Shown here: positions 1-10,081 of the stretch, piece by piece
Layout: every line of letters begins with the position of its first letter
Numbering within the stretch: the stretch's first letter is position 1
Origin: Caulobacteraceae bacterium
GTDB taxonomy: Bacteria; Pseudomonadota; Alphaproteobacteria; Caulobacterales; Caulobacteraceae
Assembly (NCBI GenBank): GCA_036502045.1
Contig: DASXZG010000081.1
Span: 22,599-86,598, forward strand
Direction: 5' to 3'
Length of the DNA stretch: 64,000 nt
Notes under the pieces: model-generated
Told to the model about the DNA's origin: nothing
Seen by the model: only the letters and a program-made list of their open reading frames with translations
The model's database searches: none
Translations under genes and position numbers: made by a program

Positions 1-710
1 AGCAGCCGGTAAGGATCGCCCAGCCGCTCCACCGCTTCCACCAGCACCTCGACCCGCTTTTCGCGCGCCGGACGGCCGGCGAAGACCAGCAGCCGCTCGC
101 GCGGCGACAGCTCCAGCCGCCGGCGAAGCGCCATCGGATCGCCGCCAACCGGGTTGAAGGTCTCGACGTCGACGCCGAGCGGCAGCGCGATGGGGTCGTC
201 GACGCCCGCGTCGGCCAGGCGGCTGGCGATGAACTGGCTGGGGGCCACGGCGCGGTCGAAGCGGCGATAGATCTCGCCCCAGTGGCGTCGCACCGGCTTT
301 TCCGCCCATTCGCCGATGTGCAGCGCGGCCAGCGCCCCGAGGTCGGTGTGACAGAAGCCGATCACCGGCACGCCCATGGCTTCGCCCGCCTTCAGCGCCG
401 CCAGACCCGGCGTGTACGGATCGCCCGCCTCGATCAGGGTCGGGCGCTGGCGCATCAGTCGCTTCATCCAGGCGGTCTTGCCCACCGGCCAGCGGTAGCC
501 GTCGCCGAACGGCAGCGGCGCGGCGTAGATCGAGAGCCGGCCGGCGCCGTCGTAAGCGTGCTTCGGCCCCGGAACGACCAGCGTGTGGCGGATGTTCGGA
601 CGGGCTCTGGCAAACCACGCGCGCTTGGCGGTCAGGTAGCGCTTCACGCCGCCACTGCGCGGCGCATAGAGCATCGTGGTGTCGACAAGACGAGGGCCTG
701 TGTCGAACAC
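1..710 (-). CDS. GT4-family (GT-B) glycosyltransferase, running off the left edge of the window
   Basis: Manual minus-strand translation from GTG at 710: ...RLVDTTMLYAPRSGGVKRYL...LIEAGDPY...GFCHTD...PLGVD...LVFAGRP..EKR. These are typical GT4 N-terminal and donor-binding motifs. No stop in the window; the start is uncertain. Confidence 0.85.
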   Translation of the reverse strand, partial: MFDTGPRLVDTTMLYAPRSGGVKRYLTAKRAWFARARPNIRHTLVVPGPKHAYDGAGRLSIYAAPLPFGDGYRWPVGKTAWMKRLMRQRPTLIEAGDPYTPGLAALKAGEAMGVPVIGFCHTDLGALAALHIGEWAEKPVRRHWGEIYRRFDRAVAPSQFIASRLADAGVDDPIALPLGVDVETFNPVGGDPMALRRRLELSPRERLLVFAGRPAREKRVEVLVEAVERLGDPYRL

Positions 711-925
711 AGACTTGGCGATGTGTCCGGCCCGCGAGGAAGCCCAGCTTACAACGCCTCTCGCTAGCACAGCTGGCGCCTCCCGCATCCGAAGCGACCA
801 GCGATACTGGCCCGCACGTCAGAACTGGTTCAAGCCCGTTTCGCTCCTTTGGCCCCGCTGACAGCTAAGTCAAGCGCTTGTCGTCCCGCATTGCACAGCT
901 GGACGGCCCCGCGTAACCCACGACC

Positions 926-2191
926 ATGTCGCGTTTCCTCTTCGCCACCTGGGAAGGCGGCGGCCACGTCCAGCCGATGCTGATGGCCGCGCGCGGTCTC
1001 GAAGCGGCGGGCCACGCGACGCTGACCCTGAGCGACGCCTGCAACGCCCCGGAGGCCACGGCCATCGGGGTTCCGTTCCAGGCCTGGCGGACCGCGCCGT
1101 CGCGCCAGGATCGATCGCCGCAGACCGATCCGATCAAGGACTGGCTGGCGAAGACACCGCTGGAGACCATCCGCGGCCTGACCGACGGGCTGATGTGCGG
1201 GCCCGCGGCCCGCTACGCCGCTGACGCGCTGGCCGCCATCGAGGCGTTCCGCCCGGACGTGGTGGTGACGCAGGAACTGCTGTTCGGGGTGATGGCGGCG
1301 GCCGAGCGCGCCGGGCTGCCGCTGGCGCTGTTCGTCGCCAATGTCTGGCCGTTCCCGACGCTGCGCGAGGCGCCGCCGTTCGGCGGCGGCCTGCCGGCGC
1401 CGGCCACCGAGTTCGACTTCACCTTCTACGGCAGCGTCATGGCCGCGACCCGCACCGCCTTCCAGGCCGGGCTGCCGGCGCTCAACGCCGCGCGCGAAAG
1501 CATTGGTCTCACGCCCCTCGCCGACCTCTTCGACCAGCTGGCGATCGCCAGGCAGGTGCTGCTGGCCACCAGCCGCGCTTTCGACTTCGACCTCGCGCTG
1601 CCCGACCCCTTCGTCCACGTCGGCCCCTATCTGGCCGACCCGGTCTGGGCGCCGGACTGGACGCCGCCCTGGCAGCCGAGTGGCCCGCCGATGGTGCTGG
1701 CCTCGTTCTCGACGATGTACCAGGGGCAGGACACGGCGCTGCGCCACACCATCGAGGCGATGGGCGCGCTGGACGTGCGCGGGATCGTGACCCTGGGCCC
1801 GGTGCTGGAACCCGTCGACTTCCCGGCGCCGGACAACGTCGTCGTCACCCGCGCCGCGCCGCACAGCCGGCTCTTCCCCATACTGAGCGCCGTCGTCACC
1901 CACGCGGGCCACGCCTCGGCGCTGCGGCCGCTGATGGCCGGGCTGCCGCTGGTGTGCATCCCGCTGGGCCGCGACCAGGCCGACAACGCCGCCCGCGTCA
2001 CCGGCCGCGGCGCGGGCCTGCGCCTGCTGCCCGACGCCTCCGCCTCGGACATCGCCAGCGCCATCGAGACGGTGATCGGCGAGCCCAGCTACCGCGCGGC
2101 GGCCGCGGCGCTTGGCTCGCGCATCACCGCCGACGCCGACGCGCGCTCGGCGGAGCGGGAACTCATCGCGCTCGTCGGAGCCGAACCATGA
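926..2191 (+). CDS. GT1-family UDP-glycosyltransferase (macrolide/small-molecule MGT-like)
   Basis: N-terminal FATWEGGGHVQP and C-terminal PHSRLFPILSAVVTHAGHAS...IPLGRDQADNA (UGT signature); 421 aa. Confidence 0.88.
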   Translation: MSRFLFATWEGGGHVQPMLMAARGLEAAGHATLTLSDACNAPEATAIGVPFQAWRTAPSRQDRSPQTDPIKDWLAKTPLETIRGLTDGLMCGPAARYAADALAAIEAFRPDVVVTQELLFGVMAAAERAGLPLALFVANVWPFPTLREAPPFGGGLPAPATEFDFTFYGSVMAATRTAFQAGLPALNAARESIGLTPLADLFDQLAIARQVLLATSRAFDFDLALPDPFVHVGPYLADPVWAPDWTPPWQPSGPPMVLASFSTMYQGQDTALRHTIEAMGALDVRGIVTLGPVLEPVDFPAPDNVVVTRAAPHSRLFPILSAVVTHAGHASALRPLMAGLPLVCIPLGRDQADNAARVTGRGAGLRLLPDASASDIASAIETVIGEPSYRAAAAALGSRITADADARSAERELIALVGAEP

Positions 2192-2547
2192 TCAAGCTCA
2201 CCTTCGCCCTGGTCCGCCTGCCACATCTCAGCCGGACCGAGTTCCAGACCTATTGGTTCGAGAACCACGCGCCGCTGGTGGCCAGCGTCAAGGACACGCT
2301 GCGCATCCGCCGCTACGTCCAACTGCACAGCCTGTCGGCCGAGATGTCCGAACAACTGCGCCAGGCGCGCGGCGGGCCCGAGAGCTTCGACGGCGTCGCC
2401 CAGCTCTGGTGGGACTCGTTCGAGGACATGGCCACCCGCGATCCCGCCGCCGCCGAGGCCGGCCGGCTGCTGCTCGAGGACGAGCGCAGGTTCATCGACC
2501 TCGCCAAGTCTCCGCTTTGGTGGGGCGAGGAAAAGGTGATCTTCTAG
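2188..2547 (+). CDS. EthD-family (dimeric alpha-beta barrel) protein, 119 aa
   Basis: ATG at 2188 overlaps the GT1 stop (ATGA). MIKLTFALVRLPHLSRTEFQTYWFENHAPLV...RYVQLH...FDGVAQLWWDS...DERRFID is the EthD pattern. Confidence 0.85.
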   Translation: MIKLTFALVRLPHLSRTEFQTYWFENHAPLVASVKDTLRIRRYVQLHSLSAEMSEQLRQARGGPESFDGVAQLWWDSFEDMATRDPAAAEAGRLLLEDERRFIDLAKSPLWWGEEKVIF

Positions 2548-2566
2548 CCCCATCCTGGAGGCTTCC

Positions 2567-4516
2567 ATGTCCGACACCCCGCTGATCGAGCGCGTGCGCC
2601 TGTTTGGCCCGCCGTCCCACGCCGCCGCGCAGGTGAGCCCGGACGGACGCTGGCTCTCGTGGCTGGCGCCCGTCGCCGGTGTGCTCAACGTCTGGGTAGC
2701 GCCGACTGGCGACCCAGCCTCAGCCAAGGCGATCACCGATGAGCGGGTGCGGCCAATCCGCAGCTATCTCTGGGCCCCAGACAGCGCACAGGTGCTGTTC
2801 GTCAACGACCAGGGCGGCGACGAGAACTTCAGGCTCTACGCCGTACCGCCCGGCGGCGGCGCCACCGTGACCCTCACGCCGTTCGAGAAGACCCGGGTGG
2901 AAATCCTCAAGGTCAGCCGCCGGCATCGCAACCGCATCCTGGTCGGCCTCAACAACCGCGATCCGCGCTGGCACGACGTCCACGAGCTGGACCTGACCAC
3001 CGGAGCGCTCACGCTCGTCCTCCAGAACGATGGCTTCGGCGGCTTCGTGGTCGACGACGACCTGCAGGTCCGCATCGCCGTCAAGACGCGGCGCGACGGC
3101 GGCACGGACTACCACCGCGTCGAAGGTGGCGTCGCGGCGGCCGACCCGTTCGAGCAGGTGGATTTCGACGACGCTTCGACCACCCAGCCGGTGCGCTACA
3201 CCGCCGATGGCGCGACGCTCTATTGGATCGACTCCCGCGACCGCAACACGGCGGCGATCCTGGCCGTGGACGTCGCCACCGGCGCCCGCACGCTCGTCGC
3301 CGAAGACCCCCGCGTCGACCTGACCACGGCGATCCACAACCCGGCGACGCGGGTGATCGAAGCTTACGGCGTCAACTATCTGAGCACCGAGTGGCGCCCG
3401 CTCGGGCCGGCCATCGCCGACGACCTCGCGTTCCTGCAGCGCGAACTCAAGGGCGAGATCACTGTGGGCTCGCGCTCGGACGCCGACGATCTTTGGGTCG
3501 TGCATGCCGACCCGGTGAGCGCGCCCGTCGCCGCTTATCTCTACGACCGCCCGCACCGCAAGCTGACACAGCTCTACGTCACCCGGCCAGAGCTGGCTGG
3601 CGCGCCGCTGGCGGCGATGCACGGCGTCGAGATCGTCTCCCGCGACGGCTTGGTGCAGCCGTCCTACCTGACGCTGCCGCCGGCCTCCGACCCGCGGGGC
3701 GCCGGTCGGCCGTCAGCGCCCGTGCCGCTGCTGCTGCTTCCCCACGGCGGGCCCTGGGCGCGGGACGTCTACGGCTTCCATCCGTGGCACCAGTTCTTCG
3801 CCAACCGCGGCTACGCGGTGCTGTCACCCAACTTCCGCGGCTCCACCGGCTTCGGCAAAGCCCATCTCGCCGCCGGCTACCTGGAATGGGGCGGGCGCAT
3901 GCACGACGACCTCATCGACTGCGTCAACTGGGCGGTCGAGCAGGGCATCGCCCAGCGCGACAAGGTCGCCATCATGGGCGCCTCCTACGGCGGCTACAGC
4001 GTGCTGGCCGGCCTGGCGTTCACGCCGGACGTGTTCGCCTGCGGCGTCGATATTGTCGGCCCTGTGAACCTGAACACCCTGCTCGCCAGCACCCCTGCCT
4101 ACTGGGAATCGATGCGGGCCATGCTGCACAAGCGGATGGGCGATCCGGGCACCCCCGAAGGGGCGGCCCTGCTGAAGGACCGCTCGCCGCTGACTCGCGC
4201 CGACCAGATCAAGCGGCCGCTGCTGATCGGTCAGGGCGCCAACGACCCCAGGGTGAAGCAGGCCGAGTCCGACCAGATCGTCGCCGCCATGCAGGCCAAG
4301 GGCATCCCGGTGACCTACCTGCTCTTCCCCGACGAGGGTCACGGCTTCGCCCGACCCGTGAACGGTCTCGCGTTCATGGCGGTGGCGGAGCACTTCCTTT
4401 CCGCCTGCCTGGGCGGCGCCACGGAGCCGTTCGGCGATGTGTTGAAGCCATCCTCGGTGAGCGTGCCCTACGGCGCCGAATTCGCACCCGGGCTGGCGGA
4501 AGCGCTGGCGGGTTAG
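2567..4516 (+). CDS. S9-family serine peptidase (prolyl oligopeptidase/acylaminoacyl peptidase-like)
   Basis: Beta-propeller-type N-terminus; catalytic motifs HGGPW, GASYGG (Ser), GANDPRV (Asp), DEGHGF (His); GGAGG RBS; no signal peptide visible. Confidence 0.93.
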   Translation: MSDTPLIERVRLFGPPSHAAAQVSPDGRWLSWLAPVAGVLNVWVAPTGDPASAKAITDERVRPIRSYLWAPDSAQVLFVNDQGGDENFRLYAVPPGGGATVTLTPFEKTRVEILKVSRRHRNRILVGLNNRDPRWHDVHELDLTTGALTLVLQNDGFGGFVVDDDLQVRIAVKTRRDGGTDYHRVEGGVAAADPFEQVDFDDASTTQPVRYTADGATLYWIDSRDRNTAAILAVDVATGARTLVAEDPRVDLTTAIHNPATRVIEAYGVNYLSTEWRPLGPAIADDLAFLQRELKGEITVGSRSDADDLWVVHADPVSAPVAAYLYDRPHRKLTQLYVTRPELAGAPLAAMHGVEIVSRDGLVQPSYLTLPPASDPRGAGRPSAPVPLLLLPHGGPWARDVYGFHPWHQFFANRGYAVLSPNFRGSTGFGKAHLAAGYLEWGGRMHDDLIDCVNWAVEQGIAQRDKVAIMGASYGGYSVLAGLAFTPDVFACGVDIVGPVNLNTLLASTPAYWESMRAMLHKRMGDPGTPEGAALLKDRSPLTRADQIKRPLLIGQGANDPRVKQAESDQIVAAMQAKGIPVTYLLFPDEGHGFARPVNGLAFMAVAEHFLSACLGGATEPFGDVLKPSSVSVPYGAEFAPGLAEALAG

Positions 4517-6417
4517 CCCGCGCCCAGCGCCAGGGCGACGCGGTAGGTGATGAACGCCGCCACGTAGGCCAGCGTCACCATGTAGGCGAAGAGGATCGCC
4601 GGCCACTTCCAGGAGTTGGTTTCGCGCTTCACCACGCCCAGCGTCGAGGCGCACTGCGGGGCGAACACGTACCAGGCCAGGAACGCCAGCGCCGAGGCCA
4701 GCGACCAGTGCGCCGCCAGCGTCGCGCCCAGCGCGCCGGCGGCATTGTCGCCGCCGCCGATAGCGTAGACGGTGCCAAGCGCGCCGACCGCCACTTCGCG
4801 CGCCGCCATTCCGGGGATCAGCGCCACGCTCATCTGCCAGGAGAAGCCGATGGGGGCCAGGAGCGGCTGTAGTGCGTGGCCGATGATGCCGGCGAAGCTG
4901 TAGTCGATAGCCGGCTGCGTCGCCCCGGCCGGCGCCAGCGGCACCTTGGCCAGGGCCCAGACCACCACCATCATTGAAAGGATGATGGTGCCGGCCCGGC
5001 GCAGGAAGATCTCGCCCCGCTGCAGCACCCCGCGCAGCACGTTCAGCGGATCGGGAACCTTGTAGGCCGGCAGTTCCATCAGGAACGGCTCCGAAGCGCC
5101 GCGCCAGAACACGCTGCGGATTACGAACGCCACCGCCAGCGCGCTGGCGATCCCGGTCACGTAGAGCCCCAGCATCACCAGCCCCTGCTCGCTGACCACG
5201 CCCCACAGGTGATGGTTGGGCACGAAGGCGGAGATGATCAGCGTGTAGACGGGAATGCGCGCCGAGCAGGTGGTCAGCGGCGCCACCAGGATAGTGGTCA
5301 GGCGGTCTCGCTTCTGGTCGATCACCCGCGTCGCCATGATGCCGGGAATGGCGCAGGCGTGAGACGAGAGCAGCGGGATGAAGGCGCGGCCGTGCAGGCC
5401 GGCGCCGCCCATGATCTTGTCCATCAGGAAAGCCGCGCGGGCCATGTAGCCCACGTCTTCCAGCAGGATGATAAACGCGAACAGCACCAGGATTTGCGGC
5501 AGGAAGACGATGACGCTGCCGACACCGCTGATTAGCGCGTCGCAGACGAAGCTCTTGATCAGGCCGTCCGGCAGGATCTGGCCGACCGTGGTGGACAGCC
5601 AGTTGAAGCCCGCGGTGATCAGGTCGCTCACCGGGCCGGTGCAGAGGAACACCGCCTGGAACATCACGAACATCAGCACCACCAGGATGGCGAGGCCCGC
5701 CACCGGGTGCAGCAGCACATCGTCCAGCCGGCCGGTCCAGGTGTCCGGGCGCTTCGGCGGCGCGACATAGGCCTTGATCAGCCGTTCGGCCTCGCGGTGC
5801 AGCGCGCGGATTTCGCCGCTGGACGGCTCGGACCAGCTCGGCTGTGCGGGAGCCGCGGCCCGGGCCGCGGCTTGTGCGGCCGCGATCAGAGCGTCCGTGC
5901 CGCGCTTGCGAGTCGCGACCGTCGCCACGATCGGCACGCCCAGTTCGCGGGACAGACCGTCGACGTCGATCTCCAGGCCCTGGCGCGTCGCGATGTCGAT
6001 CATGTTCAGCGCCAGCACCAGCGGCCGGCCGGTCGCTTTCAGCTCCAGCACCAGCCGCAGCGCCACGCGCAGCGAGGTCGCGTCGGCCACGCAGACGATG
6101 GCGTCCGGCGCCGCTTCCCCCACCAACTTGCCCAATACCGCGTCGCGGGTGATGGCCTCGTCCGGGCTGCGAGCGCGCAGGGAATAGGTGCCGGGCAGGT
6201 CGAGCACGGCGATGCGCGCGCCGTCGGGCGCGGTCAAAGCGCCCTCTTTCCGCTCGACGGTGACGCCGGCGTAGTTGGCGACCTTCTGGCGCGCGCCGGT
6301 CAACGCGTTGAACAGCGCCGTCTTGCCGCAGTTGGGCACGCCGGCCAGCGCCAGCCGCAACGGCCGAACCTCCGGCGCGATCGTGGCCGGGGCGGACGCG
6401 ACGTCGGCGGCGGTCAT
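4513..6417 (-). CDS. feoB: Ferrous iron transporter B
   Basis: G motifs GVPNCGKT, NYAGVTVE, DLPG, NMID followed by a multi-TM gate/core region (GFSWQ, LIPGMAAREV). Confidence 0.95.
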   Translation of the reverse strand: MTAADVASAPATIAPEVRPLRLALAGVPNCGKTALFNALTGARQKVANYAGVTVERKEGALTAPDGARIAVLDLPGTYSLRARSPDEAITRDAVLGKLVGEAAPDAIVCVADATSLRVALRLVLELKATGRPLVLALNMIDIATRQGLEIDVDGLSRELGVPIVATVATRKRGTDALIAAAQAAARAAAPAQPSWSEPSSGEIRALHREAERLIKAYVAPPKRPDTWTGRLDDVLLHPVAGLAILVVLMFVMFQAVFLCTGPVSDLITAGFNWLSTTVGQILPDGLIKSFVCDALISGVGSVIVFLPQILVLFAFIILLEDVGYMARAAFLMDKIMGGAGLHGRAFIPLLSSHACAIPGIMATRVIDQKRDRLTTILVAPLTTCSARIPVYTLIISAFVPNHHLWGVVSEQGLVMLGLYVTGIASALAVAFVIRSVFWRGASEPFLMELPAYKVPDPLNVLRGVLQRGEIFLRRAGTIILSMMVVVWALAKVPLAPAGATQPAIDYSFAGIIGHALQPLLAPIGFSWQMSVALIPGMAAREVAVGALGTVYAIGGGDNAAGALGATLAAHWSLASALAFLAWYVFAPQCASTLGVVKRETNSWKWPAILFAYMVTLAYVAAFITYRVALALGAG

Positions 6418-6725
6418 CAGGCGGGGTCGACGATCACAGCGCGCGCCTCGCGGCGGCGCAGAGCGACAGTGCGGTCAGCGAGCTTCACCGCGATCGGATC
6501 GCGGCCCAGAAAGCCCTCGTGCAGGATTTCCACCGGCGCGCCTTCGACAAAGCCCATCTCCAGCAGGCGCCGCTCGATTTCGGACGCGGCGAGGCCGCCG
6601 CTGGCCTGCGCCTCGGCGCGCACCGCCACGATGACGCCGGCAAAGCCCTTACGGCCCGCCGACAGCGGCGACTGCGTCGCTACCGCGCCCGCACCGGGCG
6701 CGTGGAACTCATCGAACTGACGCAA
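6417..6725 (-). CDS. feoA: Ferrous iron transport protein A
   Basis: RRLLEMGFVEGAPVEILHEGFLGRDPIAVKL...VALRRREA (FeoA SH3-like); start overlaps the feoB start region. Confidence 0.92.
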   Translation of the reverse strand: MRQFDEFHAPGAGAVATQSPLSAGRKGFAGVIVAVRAEAQASGGLAASEIERRLLEMGFVEGAPVEILHEGFLGRDPIAVKLADRTVALRRREARAVIVDPA

Positions 6726-6749
6726 GGAGGCTTCTCTCGCACCCGACTA

Positions 6750-6794
6750 ATCGCGAACGATTATCAATATCAGGTATTGCGAATGAATTTCAAT
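6750..6794. promoter_or_regulatory. Two tandem putative Fur boxes upstream of feoAB
   Basis: 19-mers ATCGCGAACGATTATCAAT (6750-6768) and ATTGCGAATGAATTTCAAT (6776-6794). Both are AT-rich imperfect 9-1-9 inverted repeats directly upstream of an iron uptake operon. Confidence 0.65.
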
Positions 6795-6805
6795 GCGGCG
6801 AGGCG

Positions 6806-7480
6806 TCACCAGACGCCGGGCGCCAGCCGATAGCGAACGCGCTGCCGATACGCCTCGTAGCCGCCGAGGTTCGCAGCCAGGAACGTCTCTTCGCGACCCA
6901 GCCGCCACGCCAGCACCGGCGCAAAGCCGGCAGCCACGATCAGACCCCACCAAGATCCCAACGCCAGTGGAATGCCCGCCAGCATCACCAGCGCGCCGGC
7001 GTACATCGGGTGGCGCACCAGCGCGTACGGCCCGGTGTCGATCACCGTCTGGTCGGCCATCAGCTCGATGGTCCCCGCGGTGAAGCTGTTAGCGCGAAAG
7101 GTGACGAACACGATCCAGAACCCGACCACGATCAGACCATCCCCGGCGATCTTGATGCCGGTCGGCACGTGGGACCAGCCCCATCGGTGGTCGAGTCCCG
7201 GCAGGATCACCAGCGCCAGGAACAGCAGGCCCGCCGCGGCCTGCACGACGTTCTGCGCCGGATCCGGCTCAGAACCAGGCCCGGCCTTCACCCGCCGCTC
7301 CAGCAGCGCCTTGTCGTTGAACCAGAGCCAGATCGTGATGGCGCAGGCCGGCGCGAAGAACGCCGCCAGCATCGCCCAGCCTTGCCAATAGGCCACGCCG
7401 CCAGCGGGCACGAACACCGCCAAGCCCATCACCAGGAGGAGCGCCGCCATGCCGAAAAAGGCGCGCAGAAGCAGGCTCAT
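6806..7480 (-). CDS. Isoprenylcysteine carboxylmethyltransferase (ICMT/PEMT)-family membrane methyltransferase
   Basis: Multi-TM protein with NSFTAGTIE...QTVIDTGPYALVRHPMY...EE..L...Y..Y..RVRYRL. Confidence 0.88.
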   Translation of the reverse strand: MSLLLRAFFGMAALLLVMGLAVFVPAGGVAYWQGWAMLAAFFAPACAITIWLWFNDKALLERRVKAGPGSEPDPAQNVVQAAAGLLFLALVILPGLDHRWGWSHVPTGIKIAGDGLIVVGFWIVFVTFRANSFTAGTIELMADQTVIDTGPYALVRHPMYAGALVMLAGIPLALGSWWGLIVAAGFAPVLAWRLGREETFLAANLGGYEAYRQRVRYRLAPGVW

Positions 7481-7516
7481 TGCCGCATGCGTCGCCGGTT
7501 GGCGCGGAATGTCCAG

Positions 7517-9754
7517 CTACTTCGGCTTGAACCGCTTCGACGCTGGGAAGCCCTTCGGCACGAGTCGGCCAGCGCCGGCGCGCTTGCCCAGCCATTCGCG
7601 CCACTCCGGCCAGGCGCGCTGGCGGCCCGCCGCGTCGGTCCAGGCGGCGCCCTCGTCAGACTTGAACACCAGGCCGTCGCGCAAGCCACCCTCGCGGTAG
7701 CTCTGCAGCTTCACGCCCTTGCCGCGAGGCATCTCCGGCAGCTCGCTGAGCGGGAAGATCAGCGCCTTGCCGTTGTCGCCGAGCACCGCCAGATGGTCGC
7801 CGTCGATGGGCAAGCAGAAGCAGGCCTCGCCGTTCAGCACCTGCTTGCCGGCGCGGCGCATGGCCACCGCTTCGTCCTCGGGCATCACGAAGCCGTAGCC
7901 CGCCTTCGACGCCAGCACCCGCTTGGCGCCGGCGCGGTAGGGGAACACCGCCAGGATCTCGACGCGGTCGTCGAGGTCGAGCATCAGCCGCAGCGGCTCG
8001 CCCTGCCCCCGCGCCGACGGCAGTTTGTCGCCTGGCAGCGTGAAGAAGCGCCCGTCCGAGGCGAAGAGCAGCAGCTTGTCGGTGGTCTCGGCGGGCACGA
8101 GGAAGCCCAGCGCGTCGCCTTCCTTGAACTTCAGCTCGGAGGGGTCGTCGATGCGGCCCTTGGCGGCGCGGATCCAGCCGCGCTCGGAGAGGATTACGGT
8201 GATCGGCTCGCGCGCCACCAGCGCCTCGGCGGTCGCGGCGACATCGATGACCGGCGCGTCGGCGAAGGTCGAGCGGCGGCGGCCCACGGCCGTGTCCGGC
8301 CCCAGCACCTGGCGGACGTGACGCAGCCCCTCGCCCACCAGCTTCCACTGCATCTTGTCGGAGGCCAGCATCTTCACGATGCCGTCGCGCTCTTCGGCCA
8401 GGTCGGCGTGCTCGCGCCGCAGCTCCATCTCTTCGAGCTTGGCCAGCTGGCGCAGACGGGTGTTGAGAATGGCGTCGGCCTGCACGTCGTCGATCTCGAA
8501 GGTCGACATCAGCTTGGCCTTGGGCTCGTCCTCGAAGCGGACGATGCGGATCACCTCGTCGAGGTTGAGGAAAACGATCAGCAGGCCGGCCAGGATGTGC
8601 AGGCGCTGCTCGATCTTGGCCAGCCGGAAGCGAGCGCGCCGCACCAGCACCTCGCGCCGATGATCGAGGAACGCCATCAGCGCGGGCTTCAGCCCCATCA
8701 CCTTCGGCGTGCCCCGGTCGAGCACGTTCATGTTGACCGAGAAGCGCCCTTCCAGGTCGGAGAGCTTGAACAGGCTCTCCATCAGCACCTCGGGCTCGAC
8801 GGTGCGGGCGCGCGGCTCCAGCACCAGCCGGATGTCCTCGGCCGACTCGTCGATGACGTCGGCCAGCAGCGGCGCCTTCTTGGCCTCGATCAGGCCCGCC
8901 AGCTGTTCGACCAGGTCGGCCTTTTTCACGTAGTAGGGGATTTCGGTGACGACGATCCGCCAGGTGCCGCGGCCGGTGTCTTCCTTGGTCCACCGCGCCC
9001 GATGGCGCACGCCGCCGCGGCAAGTCTCGTAGGCCTCCAGCAACGACGCGCGTGGCTCGACGATGATGCCGCCCGTCGGGAAGTCCGGCCCCGGCACGAT
9101 CTCCATCAGCTCGGCGGTGGTGGCCTCGGGCCGCTCCAGCAAGAGCAGGCAGGCGTCGATCAGCTCGGCGGCATTGTGCGGCGGGATCGAGGTGGCCATG
9201 CCCACGGCGATGCCGGTCGAGCCGTTGGCCAGCAGGTTGGGGAAGCCAGCCGGCAGCACCACCGGCTCTTCTTCTTCGCCGTCGTAAGTGTCGCGGAAGT
9301 CGACGGCGTCCTCGTCGATGCCGTCGAGCAGCAGTTGCGAGGCTTCGGTGAGGCGGCACTCGGTGTATCGCATGGCGGCGGCGTTATCGCCGTCGATGTT
9401 GCCGAAGTTGCCCTGCCCTTCGACCAGCGGGTAACGCTCGACGAACTCCTGCGCCAGCCGCACCAGCGCGTCGTAGACGGCCACGTCGCCGTGCGGGTGA
9501 TACTTGCCGATCACATCGCCGACCACGCGGGCGGACTTCTTGGTCGAGGAGGCCGGATCCAGACGCAGCTGGCGCATGGCGAACAGCAGCCGCCGGTGCA
9601 CCGGCTTCAGCCCGTCGCGCACGTCGGGCAGCGCCCGCTGGGTGATGGTGGAGAGCGCATACGCCAGGTAGCGGCGCGACAGCGCCTCGGTCAGCGGCTC
9701 GTCAAGGATGCGGCCGGCCCCGTCATCCGGGAGCGGCGGCGATGCGTCGTCCAT
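7517..9754 (-). CDS. parC: DNA topoisomerase IV subunit A
   Basis: [42 protein letters not shown] (catalytic Tyr), and a short C-terminal pinwheel without a GyrA box. Confidence 0.96.
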   Translation of the reverse strand: MDDASPPLPDDGAGRILDEPLTEALSRRYLAYALSTITQRALPDVRDGLKPVHRRLLFAMRQLRLDPASSTKKSARVVGDVIGKYHPHGDVAVYDALVRLAQEFVERYPLVEGQGNFGNIDGDNAAAMRYTECRLTEASQLLLDGIDEDAVDFRDTYDGEEEEPVVLPAGFPNLLANGSTGIAVGMATSIPPHNAAELIDACLLLLERPEATTAELMEIVPGPDFPTGGIIVEPRASLLEAYETCRGGVRHRARWTKEDTGRGTWRIVVTEIPYYVKKADLVEQLAGLIEAKKAPLLADVIDESAEDIRLVLEPRARTVEPEVLMESLFKLSDLEGRFSVNMNVLDRGTPKVMGLKPALMAFLDHRREVLVRRARFRLAKIEQRLHILAGLLIVFLNLDEVIRIVRFEDEPKAKLMSTFEIDDVQADAILNTRLRQLAKLEEMELRREHADLAEERDGIVKMLASDKMQWKLVGEGLRHVRQVLGPDTAVGRRRSTFADAPVIDVAATAEALVAREPITVILSERGWIRAAKGRIDDPSELKFKEGDALGFLVPAETTDKLLLFASDGRFFTLPGDKLPSARGQGEPLRLMLDLDDRVEILAVFPYRAGAKRVLASKAGYGFVMPEDEAVAMRRAGKQVLNGEACFCLPIDGDHLAVLGDNGKALIFPLSELPEMPRGKGVKLQSYREGGLRDGLVFKSDEGAAWTDAAGRQRAWPEWREWLGKRAGAGRLVPKGFPASKRFKPK

Positions 9755-9820
9755 GCGCCCAGGGAATCGCCTGACTCAGGGCGTCTGTCCATGGCCGCTG
9801 CGGCTAGCCGCAGCGGCGGC

Positions 9821-10081
9821 TCAGGCGGCCTTGGCCGGCGGCGCGCCCACGGCGCCGGCGACGGCTTGCGGTCGCCACCACGGCAGCCAGGCCCAGAACT
9901 GCTCGTGAGCGTAGTAGATGCCGATCTTGGTGAAGGTCTCGACCCCCAGAATCATGCCGGCGTACTTCAGCTGGCCGGTCACCAGCCAGCTGATGATGAA
10001 AGTGTCGAGGCTGCCGACGATGCGCCAGCTGATAGCCTTCACGAACGAGCGGCTGTGCGCTTCCGGCACGCGAATGAACAT
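9821..10081 (-). CDS. DUF2061-domain small membrane protein
   Basis: RSFVKAISWRIVGSLDTFIISWLVTG...ETFTKIGIYYAHEQFW matches the DUF2061 pattern; GGGAGG RBS. Confidence 0.85.
   Translation of the reverse strand: MFIRVPEAHSRSFVKAISWRIVGSLDTFIISWLVTGQLKYAGMILGVETFTKIGIYYAHEQFWAWLPWWRPQAVAGAVGAPPAKAA

Noticed and set aside
2567-4516. Lasso-peptide isopeptidase / RiPP cluster
   Set aside because: No precursor peptide, B/C maturation genes or TonB receptor nearby, and no signal peptide.
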